Assembly: GCF_006345805.1 (NCBI RefSeq)
Contig: NC_043012.1
Span: forward strand, 10,974,001-11,038,000
Length of the DNA: 64,000 nucleotides
Direction: 5' to 3'
Origin: Octopus sinensis
Lineage: Eukaryota
Shown: in pieces, positions 49,038 to 62,687 of the stretch
Position numbering within the stretch: the first letter of the stretch is position 1
Layout of the letters: every line of letters begins with the position of its first letter
Notes under the pieces: model-generated
What the model was told of the DNA's origin: nothing
Databases searched by the model: none
What the model saw: the letters and a program-made list of their open reading frames with translations, nothing else
Program-made: the position numbers and the translations under genes

Positions 49038-49442
49038 GACGCAGGAGTGGCTGTGTGGTAAGTAGCTTTCTTACCAACTACATGGTTTTGGGTTCAATCC
49101 CACTGCGTGGCACCTTGGGCAAGTGTCGTCTACTATAACCTCGGGCCGACCAAAGCCTTGTGAGTGGATTTGGTAGACGGAAACTGAAAGAAGCTCGTCG
49201 AATATATGTATATATATATATGTGTGTGTTTGTGTGTCTGTTTGTCCTCCCCAACATCGCTTGACAACCGATGGTGGTGTGTTTATGGTCCCGTAACTTA
49301 GCGGTTTGGCAAATAAGACCAATAGAATAAGTACTAGGCTTACAAAGAATAACTCTGGGGTTCGATTTGCTCGACTAAAGGCGGTGCTCCAGCATGGCCA
49401 CAGTCAAATGACTGAAACAAATACAAGAGTAAAAGAGTAAAG
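49038..49442 (+). mobile_element. SINE-A
   Basis: As 4880. Confidence 0.85.
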
Positions 49443-50045
49443 ACCAGCATCTGGTCCAGGTGGGGAATTTATATGCCATAGAAACCAGAAAACTGGTGCT
49501 TATGAATTGGTATGATTCAAGAACATAATTCTACCTTTATCTTTACTCTTAGATATACCAAAAAATAAAAACAGAATGGACATGACGTGAACACTTTTAT
49601 CAAAGGCCTGATCAATATGTGTTAGCCATCCTTGCCAAATCGCATGTTTGTCAGAGACGTTGTGGCACCAGGATAGGCCCCCCCCCACCTATCCCAAACA
49701 ATCTGTGTTCACTGCAAGGTGGGGGTAGGCAACCCCACCTGTCACTGGCAAATGACTGAACTCTCAAACCTGGTTTAGCCTGTCAATTGAGGCAGTTATT
49801 AGGATGTGACCTCTCATTTTCTGGGGTTCCTAGGTGAGAATTAAGTGGATATTGACAACCAGTGCACCATAATCACACCTGAAAAAAGTCCTAACTATAC
49901 TGTCACTAAGCTGCAAAATGTGTTATCTCTAACTTCAACATACCTGAAAATACCTGTAATCACCACAACAAAATCAATCATAAAAATTGCAACTATAACA
50001 ACCACAAAAAAAACAAACAAACACATAATTGGGTGGATTGAGTTA

Positions 50046-50555
50046 CCGTAAACCCTCGAGTATAGTACACCCTTGAGTATAATATGCAGGAGATTTTTAG
50101 GGGGCTGTACCTCTGAAAAACCTAAACCTTGTGTATAATACGCACCCCTCCTCTAACTTGAGTAAGGAGTTCTATAAAACGTCCTTGGTTTGTAAAATGT
50201 ATATGGTAATGTCCTTTGTTATTATTGTATATATAACATAATGCAAACGTGTAGCTTTTTGGTGCATTTTGTTTGCAGAAAATAAAGAAATAACAGTAAT
50301 AACGTTTATTAAATGTTGCTTATTGCAAGTTATGGATGATTCTTTTATGACTTCATTGCTTTCAGGCTTAGCTTAAGGTATTTTCGCGCCCGACATCACA
50401 AAATGTGTCTGAATAAACATCGCTGGACAGCAAATAGAGACTCAGACATTGCTTAGAAAATATTTTTCATTTTTAACCTCGTATATAGTACGCACTAGGG
50501 ATTTTGACCTTTAAATTTTGGGGAAAAAATGCGGATTATACTCGAGGATTTACGG
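50046..50555. mobile_element. 510-bp Tc2/pogo-like MITE with TA TSD
   Basis: TA|ccgtaaaccctcgagtata ... tatactcgaggatttacgg|TA (19 bp, 1 mismatch); subterminal repeats similar to gtata(a/g)tacgcac. Confidence 0.88.
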
Positions 50556-51603
50556 TATTGTGTAGGTTTGCCTGTAACATTATATAAATGTGTGTGTGTG
50601 TGTGTTATTTAACTGTCATATCAGGCCTGACTAAACTGACATCAAATCAAAGCTGTTCCATTCATGACTATCCCTTATGTTGGTTTATCTAAAGGCTATA
50701 CTATCTACCCTAGGTTCCCTAAGACAGTTTGAGTGTGATTTCAAGTAGGAAGATTTGGCTGCTGTTTCTTGCAGGTCAAAGGACCAAGGAGATACTCTCT
50801 CATTCATGCATGCGTGTATATGTACATTGTGTATGTGTATCTGCAGTGTTCAAATTGTGTATGTGAATGTGTATTTATGTGCCTATGTGTGTGTGTTGCA
50901 CATACTTGTGCATGTGTGTGTGTGCTCACATGCATGTGTGTGTATGAGTGTGTATGTATTTGCATGTGTTTGTATGTTGCACATGCTTACATGCATGTGA
51001 GCGTGTATCTGAAGTGTTTTCTTGTGTGTGTGTATATGTATGTATATGTGTGTATGTATCTGTTTGCTTGTGTATCTGTGTGTATGTATATGTGAGTGCT
51101 TGTGAGTGTGCGTATGTGTGTGTGTGTGTGTGTGCTGCTCACGCTGATGCACAAGTGTGTGTGTGTGCATGTGTATGTGCATGTATGTTTGTGTGTGTGT
51201 GTGTGTGTTTTCCTATCTTATCTAAATACCCCCCACCTGCGTCAATCCCTTTACATTTCAAACAACGGTACAAAAAAAAACAGCAATTTAAAAAAAAAAA
51301 GGGACAGTATAAAAAAAAAAGCAGAATAAAACGGAATTGAATGGAACCGTAGATGTCAGACAGTGATTATCAATTCCTGGTTGATGCTAAGCCAACTTCT
51401 CATACTAGAGGAGGAGGGGAGGGTCTCTCCTTCTTTGCCTCACCTGCTCCCCTACCTCACCCTCAGTGATAATAATGTCCATCTCAAAATACATTTGCAG
51501 GATAAGTATTGTATTAATTCTATATGAACAATCAGGACACATTCCCCAACTTCTATTTCTCTCTATCTCTCCACATACACACACACACACATATACAAAC
51601 ATA

Positions 51604-51664
<61 letters not shown>

Positions 51665-52124
51665 GAATTAAGCAATTGAGATTCAAGTGAGTTCCAATGA
51701 ATTCACATGAATATGGTACTTGACTTGGATGCACCGGAAATCTATATGGTGTTAACCATACGACAAAGTGGGGTGATTACAAATAGGAAAAAACAACAAG
51801 AATGGATCAATATATCGGTACACTTGTTTCGTACGAGGACATCTTTAATAAAGCTACAAATTGCAGTAAATATAGGTGGCTCATACTCATCAGCCGAAAA
51901 AACATCCGAGATTCCCAAACATAAAAGGGGGTAATGTTACACTTATGAAACATCATGGAAAATTCTATAAAAATGAGAATTATATATATATAATCCAGAT
52001 AATAAGACAAAGAAATCTTTTAACACGTTTTCTGTGATTTGTTACAGTTGTTTCTGTTCCAACTCTGCTTTGCAACACCAGTTTTACACAAAAATTTGAA
52101 GCGAAAATTTACATATATGTGTAT

Positions 52125-53211
52125 GTGATTCTGTGTCTGTGTTTGTCCCCGCAACATCGCTTGACAACCGATGCTGGTGTGTTTACGTCCCCGTAACTTA
52201 GCGGTTCGGCAAAAGAGACTGATAGAATAAGTACTAGGCTTACAAAGAATAAGTGCTGGGTTCGATTTGCTCGACTAAAGGCGGTGCTCCAGCATGGCCG
52301 CTGTCAAATGACTGAAACACGTAAAAGAGTATAATGTTTGCAGATTTAGGCATTATAGTTGCACTTCATCAGACTTGCATCAAAGGTGTGCTCTTTAAAT
52401 TTTTGCATAAATTGATATTGCAGACAGAGTTGCTACAGAAACAATTGTAACAATTCATTAAAGATGTGTTAAAGGATTTCTTTGTCTTTTTATTATTCAG
52501 ATTTGCACTGCCTGCGTGCAGTGGTTGCCAATCTTTGACATGCACAATGGTTTTACAATCGTAAAACCAGGATTTTCTACACATGAAGAATTTTGGTATT
52601 AATCTGGAATTCAATAGTGTTGATAGAACTTGGGTTGAGTGTTTCTCTAGAAATACCTTACCTTTATACCCTGCCATATATATATATACCCTGAGATGGC
52701 AACTTGAAGTGAGTGTGGAGTATCTAGATGTGTCGAACTTTGTTCTTTCTTCAAAAAAGGAGAAAATAAGATTTTAACCAACAAAGTACAAAGCAAGTAC
52801 AGACAGATTTTTTAAATTCTTTTATTTGATTCATTCATTTGATTGCGGCCATGCTCGAGCACCAGCTATAGTCGAAAAAATTGACACCTGGACTTATTCT
52901 TTGGAAGCCTAGTACTTATTCTATCTGTCTCTTTTGCCGAACCGCTAAGTTACGGGGACATAAGCACACCAACATCGGTTGTCAAGCGATGACGGGGAAA
53001 CAAACACAGACACACAAGCATATACACGCACACACACACGAACAAATACACACACACACATGCAATGGGCTTCTTTCAATTTCTGTCTACCAGATCTACT
53101 CACAAGGCTCTGGTTGGCCCAAGGCTATAGTAGAAGACACTTGGCCAAGGTGCCACACAGTGGGACTGAACCCAGAACCATGTGGTTGGTAAGCAAGTTA
53201 CTTACCACAAA
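52125..53211. mobile_element. Inverted SINE-A pair (+ 52125-52330; - 52835-53211); further fragments at 55606-55690 and 58690-58870
   Basis: Shared 3' half in opposite orientation. Confidence 0.8.
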
Positions 53212-54409
53212 CATCTTATTTTTATATATAATATCTATATATGGACAGGAAATGATGGGCTAATTTCAATATTGTTTGGGGATTTCATCTGTGAATTAAT
53301 TACTTAGAATGCATTATATATGCCGATTGCTCTATTTGGTTTACTAATGATCTTAGTGTAAGTGGGTGGCTAATTAATAACTTTGTGGACTTCTTTTTCA
53401 CCTTGTCCATGACTGCAGTTTATTTACTTAGCTAAGATGTGTAAATATCTTAATCTTGGATTAGCTTTAACTGTTTTCAGCCTCCTGAGTGGTTAATTAT
53501 TGAGAATGATCTGATAATGAAATGAAATATACAAATTAGATACTCAAATAAGATTCATGACTGAGATATACAAAACAGATATGCAAGATTATGCAAAAAA
53601 AGAAAGAATTATAACTGAGTTAATTATAAAGTCAGAAACATTCCCAAAATATCTCCAAATGTCTCGCGATCATTGTGAAATGATGGCAGCATATTTACCA
53701 ATCTAAGAAGCATGTCTGTGAATATTTACACTCCCAGATCACTTTGGAATGGTTTAAATAGTTTCTATTTGGTATGATATGTAACTAAGTCGGCAGGAGG
53801 ACAACAAAGACAAACTGCATGTGGTCGCGTGAATGCTAGAAATATCAGTCAAAATCTCAAATCATGTACCTTATAAAAAGCAACACACTGGATTATGTAG
53901 TCAGGAAGAAGGAAAAAGGTGGTATGGTCATGGCTAGAATGTTTATGATCACAGGTCTGTTTGCTGTGACCAAATATTAAATAGCTAACTCTATACTACA
54001 ATAGTGTTATATGTATCAGTGTCTGTGTTGAAACTGAGAGAAGTGAAGCTACTGAATAAACCAGTAGTATCTGTCAGATTCATACTCAAATGTTCTCACA
54101 CACACATGTGTATACACACACTCATGTATATATATGTAAGCATTTCCATATTCATTAGAAATAAAAACTGTTTGAGAAAGAAGTGTACTTGTCAGGCCAG
54201 CTGGCTAAACATGATATTTAACACAGAACAATAGCCAAGACAAGGCGAGACTCAGTTCTGTAGTTTTTTTAAGGAAAATTATTCCACTCAGCTGGCTTTA
54301 AACGTATCAACGAATTTTATCTGTGCGAATAATATATTAAGAAAAACCAATGTTGAGATGAGAAGTCTAGGAGCTACGAAGCTCTTCTGCTGACTGTTAA
54401 CATGAAGTG

Positions 54410-55240
54410 GTTTTGTTGTGCAACATGATACTACAGCCATATTCACTGCATGTAGTGACTTGTAGTGAATATGATCACACATGGACACCCAAGTGGTTGA
54501 GGGCACCTGTGGAAGAGGTAGACCCAGAAAGATCTGGGATGAGGTGGTGAAGCATGACCTTTGAACATTAGGCCTCACTGAGACAATGGCTTGTAACCGG
54601 GACCTTTGGAAATATGCTGTGCTTGAGAAGACCCAGCAAACCAAGTGAGACCATAACCTTGTGGCCTATGCCAGGGGTGTAACCAGCCCACTTATGCGTA
54701 CCTTTCCTTCATTGGACACTAAACTCTGCTTGCAAAGACCTGTTGAGGCAAGCGAGATCGAAATCGAAATCAAATTCGATGACTGGCATCCATGCTAGTG
54801 GAGCACTAAGAGCACCATCCGAGCATGATCATTGCCAGAGCAGCAAACTGGCTTCCATGGTGGTGGCACATAAAAAGCACCATTCAAGCGTGATCGTTAC
54901 CAGTGTCACCTTACTGACACGAGTAAAAAGATTCAAGTGAGGGCGTTGCCAGTGCTGCTTGACTGGCTCCTGTGCAGGTGGCACGTAAAAAACACTATTT
55001 GAGCACGGCCATTGCCAGTACCGCCTGACTGGCTTTCATGATGGTGGCACGTAAAAGCACCCACTACACTTTCGGAGTGGTTAGCGTTAGGAAGGCATCC
55101 AGCTGTAGAAACTCTGCCAGATCAGAGTGGAGGCTGGTTCAGCCATCTGGTTCGCCAGTTCTCAGTCAAATCGTCCGATCCATGCCAGCATGGAAAGCGG
55201 ACGTTAAACGATGATGATGTTGATGATGATGATGATGATG
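54410..55240 (+). mobile_element. 5'-truncated RTE LINE
   Basis: EGTCGRGRPRKIWDEVVKHDL...RDLWKYAVLEKT, then a UTR with repeated gtggcac(a/g)taaaaagcac and a (GAT)n tail. Shorter tail fragments at 17960-18050, 30205-30450, 35660-35790, 37855-38110, 39475-39560, 55350-55500. Confidence 0.85.
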
Positions 55241-55911
55241 CACAAAACCTTAGCAAATGAGATAAGGAAAGAAGACAAATGGCACACAGTGTGAGGTATA
55301 CTAAGAAATAGGCCGTGGGGAAATAGTGGAATATATTAAGTCGATTGATACTAGTGCTGGTGTCACATAAAAGGCATTCATGCTAGTGCCACATTAAAAG
55401 CACCGGTGCTGGTGCCACATGAAAAGCACCCAGTATACTCTGTGGAGTGGTTGGCATTAGGAAGGGCATCCAACTGTAGAAACTATGCCAGAACAGACAA
55501 TGGAACCAGAAGAGACAATTATATAAAACACTGGATATTCAAAGAGATGGAATGGTCATGGCTGAACCATATTTGATCAGGGCTTTATTTCATCAGTGGC
55601 GTAGGAGTGGCTGTGTGGTAAGTAGCTTGCTTACCAACCACATGGTTCCGGGTTCAGTCCCACTGAGTGGCACCTTGGGCAAGTGTCTAAATATTTTAAC
55701 TATTCTCAGTGCATTTTCAACTTCCATTTTCCCTGTGTATATATGTATATATATATATATATATAATTATCAATAATAATAATAATACTGGGATCTCCCT
55801 TTTAAGTAGAAAGAATAGCCAAAACTCTTTGACTGCTATTTCTAAATTCGGTGTGTGGTGAGGCAAATCGTTGCTAAACCCTTAATTACTTAGTATATAT
55901 ATATATATATA

Positions 55912-56110
55912 CTAGCAGCTAAGACCGGTTTCACCCGGTCGGTTTTGATGATTGGCTGTAAAACCTGCTCTGTGTAAGCATTCAACTTGTTTGGGCATGC
56001 TTACGTTAAAAAACAAATTTAGAATGTCTTTTTCTGTCAAAACACTATAAATAACTGAACAAAAAAACAACAACCAAGATTCAACCAAATCAAAAGATAA
56101 ACTTCCATTG
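55912..56110 (-). mobile_element. Helitron 3'-end fragment
   Basis: Minus-strand hairpin gaccgggtgaaaccggtc followed 11 nt later by terminal CTAG|T at 55912, next to a (TA)n tract; 5' boundary uncertain. Confidence 0.6.
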
Positions 56111-57059
56111 TGCATGCACACGTACACACACACACACACACACATTCCCATGCTCCCCCTTTTACATACACACACAGAGTTGAAATGCTGTTTGATTTAT
56201 TTTTTCAACATACAATTTTCATCATCCCACTACCAAGTATGACATCACCTCTTCCTTCCTTATTCATCTATCACCCCTTCTCTTCTCATTCATAAACTCA
56301 AGAGTATTATCATAGTAGATTATCTTGGTAACCATGGGAACTATGAAAAAATACAAAGCCCAGCATCACCACCAGATCTTTCTACCCATCTGCGTAATTT
56401 TTCATGCAATTCCACACAGCCGTTTGACTGTGAATTCCAAGACAAGAAAGAATTACCTGTGTCAAATTTATATGTATAGATATGTATATACATATATCTA
56501 TCTATCTATCTATATATATATACATATATATATATTTATATATATATATATATCGAAGTGTATACACACACTTATACATACATAAATATATTGTATATCG
56601 AAGTGTATTCATTATGGTCGATCTTACCAATAGGTTCAATGGGATGTTAGGTAAGACCCAATTATATGACTCTGAGCCCTTCAGATTTAGCAGTTATGGG
56701 AGGAAATATGGCGACTGCTCTCTTTTGTTGGCAGTGAAAACAGGCGCACAAATAAACACACATGTACTTATGTGACCTTTAAGCATCAGCGTACCCACCC
56801 ACCTGTGCTGAGAAACACAATTGCACACATCCCATCTCTACAAAATTACCAACCCCTAAACCATACATACATTTCCAGAAAGCTCTTGTCACCTTTTTGG
56901 TGCCAAGGGACCTACTTAACCCTTGCTCAGTTCATTTCATTGTCTTTTTTCACAGCAAGCACAAACCAGAAGTGTTTTTTGAACCTCCAACAATGGAAAA
57001 CAGTTGCCATATTTTTTTTCCATTACTGTCAACTCTGAAGAACATTGGGTTATAGAATT

Positions 57060-57660
57060 GAACTGTTTCCTAACATTCCAAAGAAACCCCTCGTGCGAAA
57101 CCGATTGGTAAGAACACTTTGATTAACATACCCACTCTATCGACAAGCTGTGGATCTTGCCCTGACAGCAGCATCCTGGAAGTGAGAAGAAGCAAAGGAG
57201 TCGTTAACATCCCAGACAAGGCATCTGTCTTGCGACCAGGGACACAGGGTGAGGCCATCACATGGTTCCAAGAGGGAGTAGATGTTTGCCCGGGCCAAGC
57301 TACTCTTGAGTAGCAGGTTCAACTCTGTATGACATGCAAAGCAACCAGCATTGAGGCAACAAGAAAGGCCATAGAGGCCTGTGGAGTTGAGGAGCCTGTC
57401 CCAATGACAGAGCAAACCTGTGCGTACGTCAGCTCCCACTCTGAGGGCAATGGAGACACAAAGTTCGTCCAAGCTGAGTAGGCCTTAACATTAGCCACAG
57501 GGATGGCATCAATCCAATCACCTGAGTATTTGGCGCTAGCAGACATTAAGTGGCACCTTGGATGAAGCAGGAGTTGAAGGTGGCCTTTGAAATTATGTTG
57601 TCCCAAGTTCTGAAAGTCCTCCATCTTCTCAGGAACAGACAAACCCAATTCTCTCCACTG
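57060..57660 (-). mobile_element. Degraded CRE-clade non-LTR retrotransposon C-terminus (RLE domain)
   Basis: SAKYSGDWIDAIPVAN...VSIALRVGA...GLYGLSC...HTELN...LARANI.S.LEP...DGLTLCPWSQDRCLVWD. Confidence 0.85.
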
Positions 57661-57849
57661 TATATACATATATACATGTATGTATGTATGTATGTTTGTG
57701 TGTGTGTGTGTGTGTGTGTGCGTGTTTATCCCGCTGTCACAAGAGAATGAGTGTTTATAGGCGTGCACGTGCATATAGGCGTGTGAGTGAGAAATAGAGA
57801 TGAGAGCAAGTGATAAAGAAATTGTGTGAGAAAGAGACGAAGGAATGAA

Positions 57850-57880
<31 letters not shown>

Positions 57881-57912
57881 AAGAGAGAAGGGGAGAAGGA
57901 GAGAGAGAATGG

Positions 57913-57982
<70 letters not shown>

Positions 57983-58005
57983 AAAGATAGATATATATAT
58001 ATAGC

Positions 58006-58048
<43 letters not shown>

Positions 58049-58199
58049 AGATATCTATGTATGTGATATGTTTGGAAAATATTTCTGAAGCATGTAAAAC
58101 ATATTTAGATGTAGAAATACAGACACCGAGAAATGTAGAATGAAGGCAAATACACACAACACACACACACACATTTATATTTACACACACCCACATATC

Positions 58200-58310
58200 T
58201 GCACGGCATATATAAATAGACACCGCCTGTTAGTCACGGACCAATGAATGAATATCAACCGGAAGTGAGTTGTAGATTTATCAATCTAAAAGAAACGTGA
58301 CTAAACCAGC
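58200..58310. promoter_or_regulatory. Promoter-like motif cluster (TATA-like, CCAAT, ETS)
   Basis: tatataaata, ccaat and accggaagtg (ETS/GABPA-type) within about 70 bp, where CpG-poor DNA appears to change to CpG-richer DNA. Confidence 0.3.
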
Positions 58311-59394
58311 AAATATTCTAACTTTTTATTTGCATGAGTATCACGAATACGCATACATCAAGGTACAAAACAGCATATTCGATGTTTATTGTAATGTGAA
58401 GAGGTGAAAAAAAATAGGAATAGGGGTAGTGGTGTTGCATTTCGTTGTTTTGCACTGCTTTGGTTAATGATTACGCCCATGATCAAAAGGCATCCTGCCG
58501 TGACCATCCTTTCAGCGATGCCACCCTGAATTGAACCTGATACTCAGAAGTAGCTTGATACTCAAGACCATCCTGTCAGCAACGCCACCTTGAGGCATGG
58601 CTTCACTGGGTAGTTAGTTGTCCTAAGATCTCCACAATCAAAGAACCCTTTGTAGTGTATTGTTGTCAATGAATATTCGTTTATTCTTTTACAGGTTTTA
58701 GTCATTTGATTGTGGCCATGATGGAGCACCGCCTTAAAGGGTTTTTTTTTTTAAGTTGAAGAAATCGACCCCAGAACTTATTCTTTGTAAGCCTATTACT
58801 CATTCTATCGGACCGTTTTGTCAAACCGCTTATTTACGGAGACATAAGCACATCAACATTGGTTGTCAAGTACAAAGATAGACAGATAGACAGACACACA
58901 CACACACACAGAGTTGAAAATATGTGGCAAACATAAAAAGTGGAAGAGAAATGCATTCGTTTCACACAGTTTAATATCTTTTTTATAAAGAAATTTTAAA
59001 AATATATTCATATTTTATAGATATAGTGATATCCATCTACTTTATAGGTGTAGTGATATGTAGTGTAGAACATCGAGCTTACGATCGCAAGGTTGTGAGT
59101 TCGAATCCCGGTCCGGGCTGCGTGTTGTGTTCTTGAGCAAGACACTTTATTACACGTTCATCTTGTCAGGTAGTGTTATCTTACACTTTGTGAAGAACAT
59201 AGTGGAGAATGATTGTGAAGTTTGGTATTTTAAAAGACCGCAATTATTCCATCGCAACCCAAAAGTTCTGCGAAGTTTGACCAAATTTTTCCACGGAACC
59301 TTGAAAAGGAATCTTCATGCATTTCTCCCTGGCATCTCAGACCAGCCATCTGCAAAATCTACAACGCAGAACAGATACTAATATTTTTTTGATT

Positions 59395-59770
59395 CAAGGC
59401 GGCTAGCTGGCAGAATCGTTAGCAAGTCAGGCAAAATGCATAGCGGAATTTAGTCCGTTTTTACGTTCACTGATATTTTAATTTATCGACACTGAAAAGG
59501 TAAATGGCAAAGTCGACCTCAGCAGCATTTGAACTCAGAACATAACGACAGATGAAATACTGAAATGCTTAACAGTATTTCGTCTGTTGCTACGTTCTGA
59601 GTTCAAATTCTGCCGAGGTTGACTTTGTCTTTCATCCTTTCGGGGTTGATTAAATAAGTACCTGTTACGCACTGGGGATCGATGTAATTGACTTAATACC
59701 TGTCTGTCCTTGTTTGTCCCCTTTATGTTTAGCCCCAAATTTGAGGGCCTGTGCTTCCAGTTGAAATAAT
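59395..59770. mobile_element. SINE-C with a head-to-head fold-back
   Basis: 59478-59562 is the imperfect reverse complement of 59573-59660; 10-nt loop aaatgcttaa. Confidence 0.8.
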
Positions 59771-59779
59771 AATAATAAT

Positions 59780-60345
59780 AATACTGATGCAGTACCAGGC
59801 AGTGGCTCTCATGGCTTCTGATCTTAACTGACTGGAAGTGTTATCATGTACATTGTTTTGTCTTGGTATAAAAGATGGACTACAGCAAATATTCTGCTCA
59901 ATACCACAGATTTGCTTGTCAGTTGTTTGACCGTAACCAGTTGAGCATGTCCCTTAGTGGCTGACGATATGTGCATCTCTGATCATGAGCAGAAGTAGTG
60001 GGGGAGCATCATAGGCATGTGTTGAGAGGGATTCTTTGGGGTTTGGATAACTCACCCTTGAAAACAAGGGTGTTTCGTTCATCATCCTTAAACAAACCTT
60101 ATTCAGGGACCTTTTGAGCGGGATGGGTTACTCGACCTGAAGAAAATTCTAACTGAGCCCCACCTGCAAGGTCATGTGCTGTTTATCTTGATATGAGATC
60201 ACCATGTCGTGCACATATGGTTGTGATTCATGTGCCTGGTGTGCTCTTATTGGACGGGTAGTCATGATGGGTATACTGGGCTTCGTATATTTTACCCCAG
60301 CGTCACTTTGATGGCATACACTGCTCTCTCACTCAATAATAATAA
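59780..60345 (+). mobile_element. Unclassified interspersed repeat with (AAT)n tail; minus-strand copy at 32225-32690
   Basis: About 460 bp shared between the two loci, ending ctctctcactcaataataataat; consistent with a 5'-truncated retroposon. Confidence 0.7.
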
Positions 60346-61256
60346 TAATATGGTTGTGATGATGATGATGATGATGATGTTTAGATGGCGAGTGGGCAGA
60401 ATCTTTACTGCGCCGAAAAAAATTGTTTATCGGCGTTGTGTCCGTCTTTACGTTCTGAGTTCCAGTCCTGCCAAAGTTGACTTTGCCTTATATCCTTTCG
60501 GGGTCAATAAAACAAGTACTTGTTGAACACTAGGATCGATGTAATTGACATAATCCCCTCCTCCAAAATTGCTAGCCTTCTGTCAAAATTTGAAAGCAAT
60601 ATTTATTTTTATTCACCAACTTTGGACACCAAACAACACACACATATATATAGAGAGAGAGATGGCACAAATGACAGTACATTTAACTCTCAATGTGGTG
60701 CTCCAGCTTGGTTTTTGATCTTTTTGCTGGGGGTTTTTATCGGTTTATTTTATTCATCCCCAGAACTAAACTAACATTTAATTTTATCGACCTTGGAAGG
60801 ATTAAAAAGGGAAGGTTGACCTTGGCGGAATTTGAACTCAGAACGTAAGGAGTTGGAACAAATAAGACAAAGTTATTTTGTTGTTCTCTCAAACACTCCG
60901 CTGAAATGACGTTACGTGAGGTCATTGAAGCAGTCGTTCGAAGAAGGATATGAAATGAAAATTCGTAGTCAGGAAATTAAAAAGAAAAAAAAAAAAAAAA
61001 GAAAAGAAAGTACAAAAAGGAAAAAGGAAGGAGGAAGGAAGACAAAATTAATGGCATTGATTATGAGGAGAAGTAAATAAAAACAAAGTAATTTTAGATC
61101 AAAGTATTAAATTCAAGTCTCAAATGTTTTATCCAAGGAGTGGCAATCGTTTCGTTATTTACACGCCCTCCGTTACGAAAGAACTTTGCGAGTTCAAATT
61201 CCTCATTGACAAAACAGGATAAACAAGAAAAATTGATTTCTTTCTTTGTATGTCTT

Positions 61257-61296
<40 letters not shown>

Positions 61297-61297
61297 C

Positions 61298-61501
<204 letters not shown>

Positions 61502-61649
61502 ATTTGGTTTTTCCCCTTTTTTCGGTGGTTTCAATCGATATGTTAAACAAAATTGTCATTTTTTTATTTTCACTTTTTTTCATTTGATCTTGTAGCAAAT
61601 TTTGATTTTTTTGTTGGTTTTCGTCACCATTGCTGCCGTCGTCGTCAAA

Positions 61650-61661
61650 GTAGTGAATAGC

Positions 61662-61724
<63 letters not shown>

Positions 61725-62060
61725 GGTTATAGTAATAGTAGCGGTAGTAGTAGTAGTAGTAGCGATAGTAGTAATAGTAGTGGTAATAGTAGTAGTAGCG
61801 GTAGTAGTAGTAGTAGTAGCAGCGGTAGCAGTAGTAGTAGTAGCGGTAGTAGTAATAGTAGCGGTAGTAGTAATAGTAGTGGTAGCGGTAGTAGTAGTAG
61901 TAATAGTAGTGATAGTGGCAGTAGTAGTAGTAGTAGCGGTAGTAGTAATAGTAGCGGTAGTAGTAGTAATAGTAGTAGTAGCGGTAGTAGTAATAGTAGC
62001 GGTAGTAGTAATAGTAGTGGTAGCGGTAGTAGTAGTAATAGTAGCGATAGTAGTAGTTTT
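61650..62060. repeat. Compound trinucleotide array (AGT/GGT/AGC/AAT); similar GGT/GAT arrays at 1875-2165 and 63240-63590
   Basis: Directly visible, with higher-order unit agtagcggtagtagtaat. Confidence 0.9.
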
Positions 62061-62687
62061 GTTGCTGGTGTTTTTGTGGTTGTTAAGAAAGCCGAAACGA
62101 AACCAATTCAATGCTTTTTCTCTCTTCGTTTAAATGGTCAAAGTTAGATTGACATTGAGTGACGGTTTAAACTTGGTCGTTATTTAACTCCAAGACTAAG
62201 GCACACCGACCTACCTATAAACAAAACACCAGCCATTCCAACGATAACCATGTCGTATTTTCGTCTGGACCGGAGTATACTCCGGGCAGCATTAATTACC
62301 CTATTTGATTGAAGACACGTGGATGTATGTATTTATACTTGTTAATAAGTGTACATCTGTGAGGCGACGAGTTGGCAGAGTCGTTAGCACGCCGGACAAA
62401 AAGCCTTAGGTTCCCATTTCAAATTCTGCTCAGGGCAATGTTGCATTTCATCCTTTAGCAATCGATAAAATAAGTACCAGGTGGACACTGGGGGTCGACT
62501 CCAGTATCACAGTAGAATGGTTAACACACACACACACACACATCACAGATTACCATACACACCCACTTGGTCTTTACTTTCCCTGGAAAGATAGGAGTGT
62601 CTCATTAACATAAGTACCGATAATAAACAGTGGATATATTTGTGAGTGTATATATATATAGTTAAGTGGTGGTGAACATGATATAAG

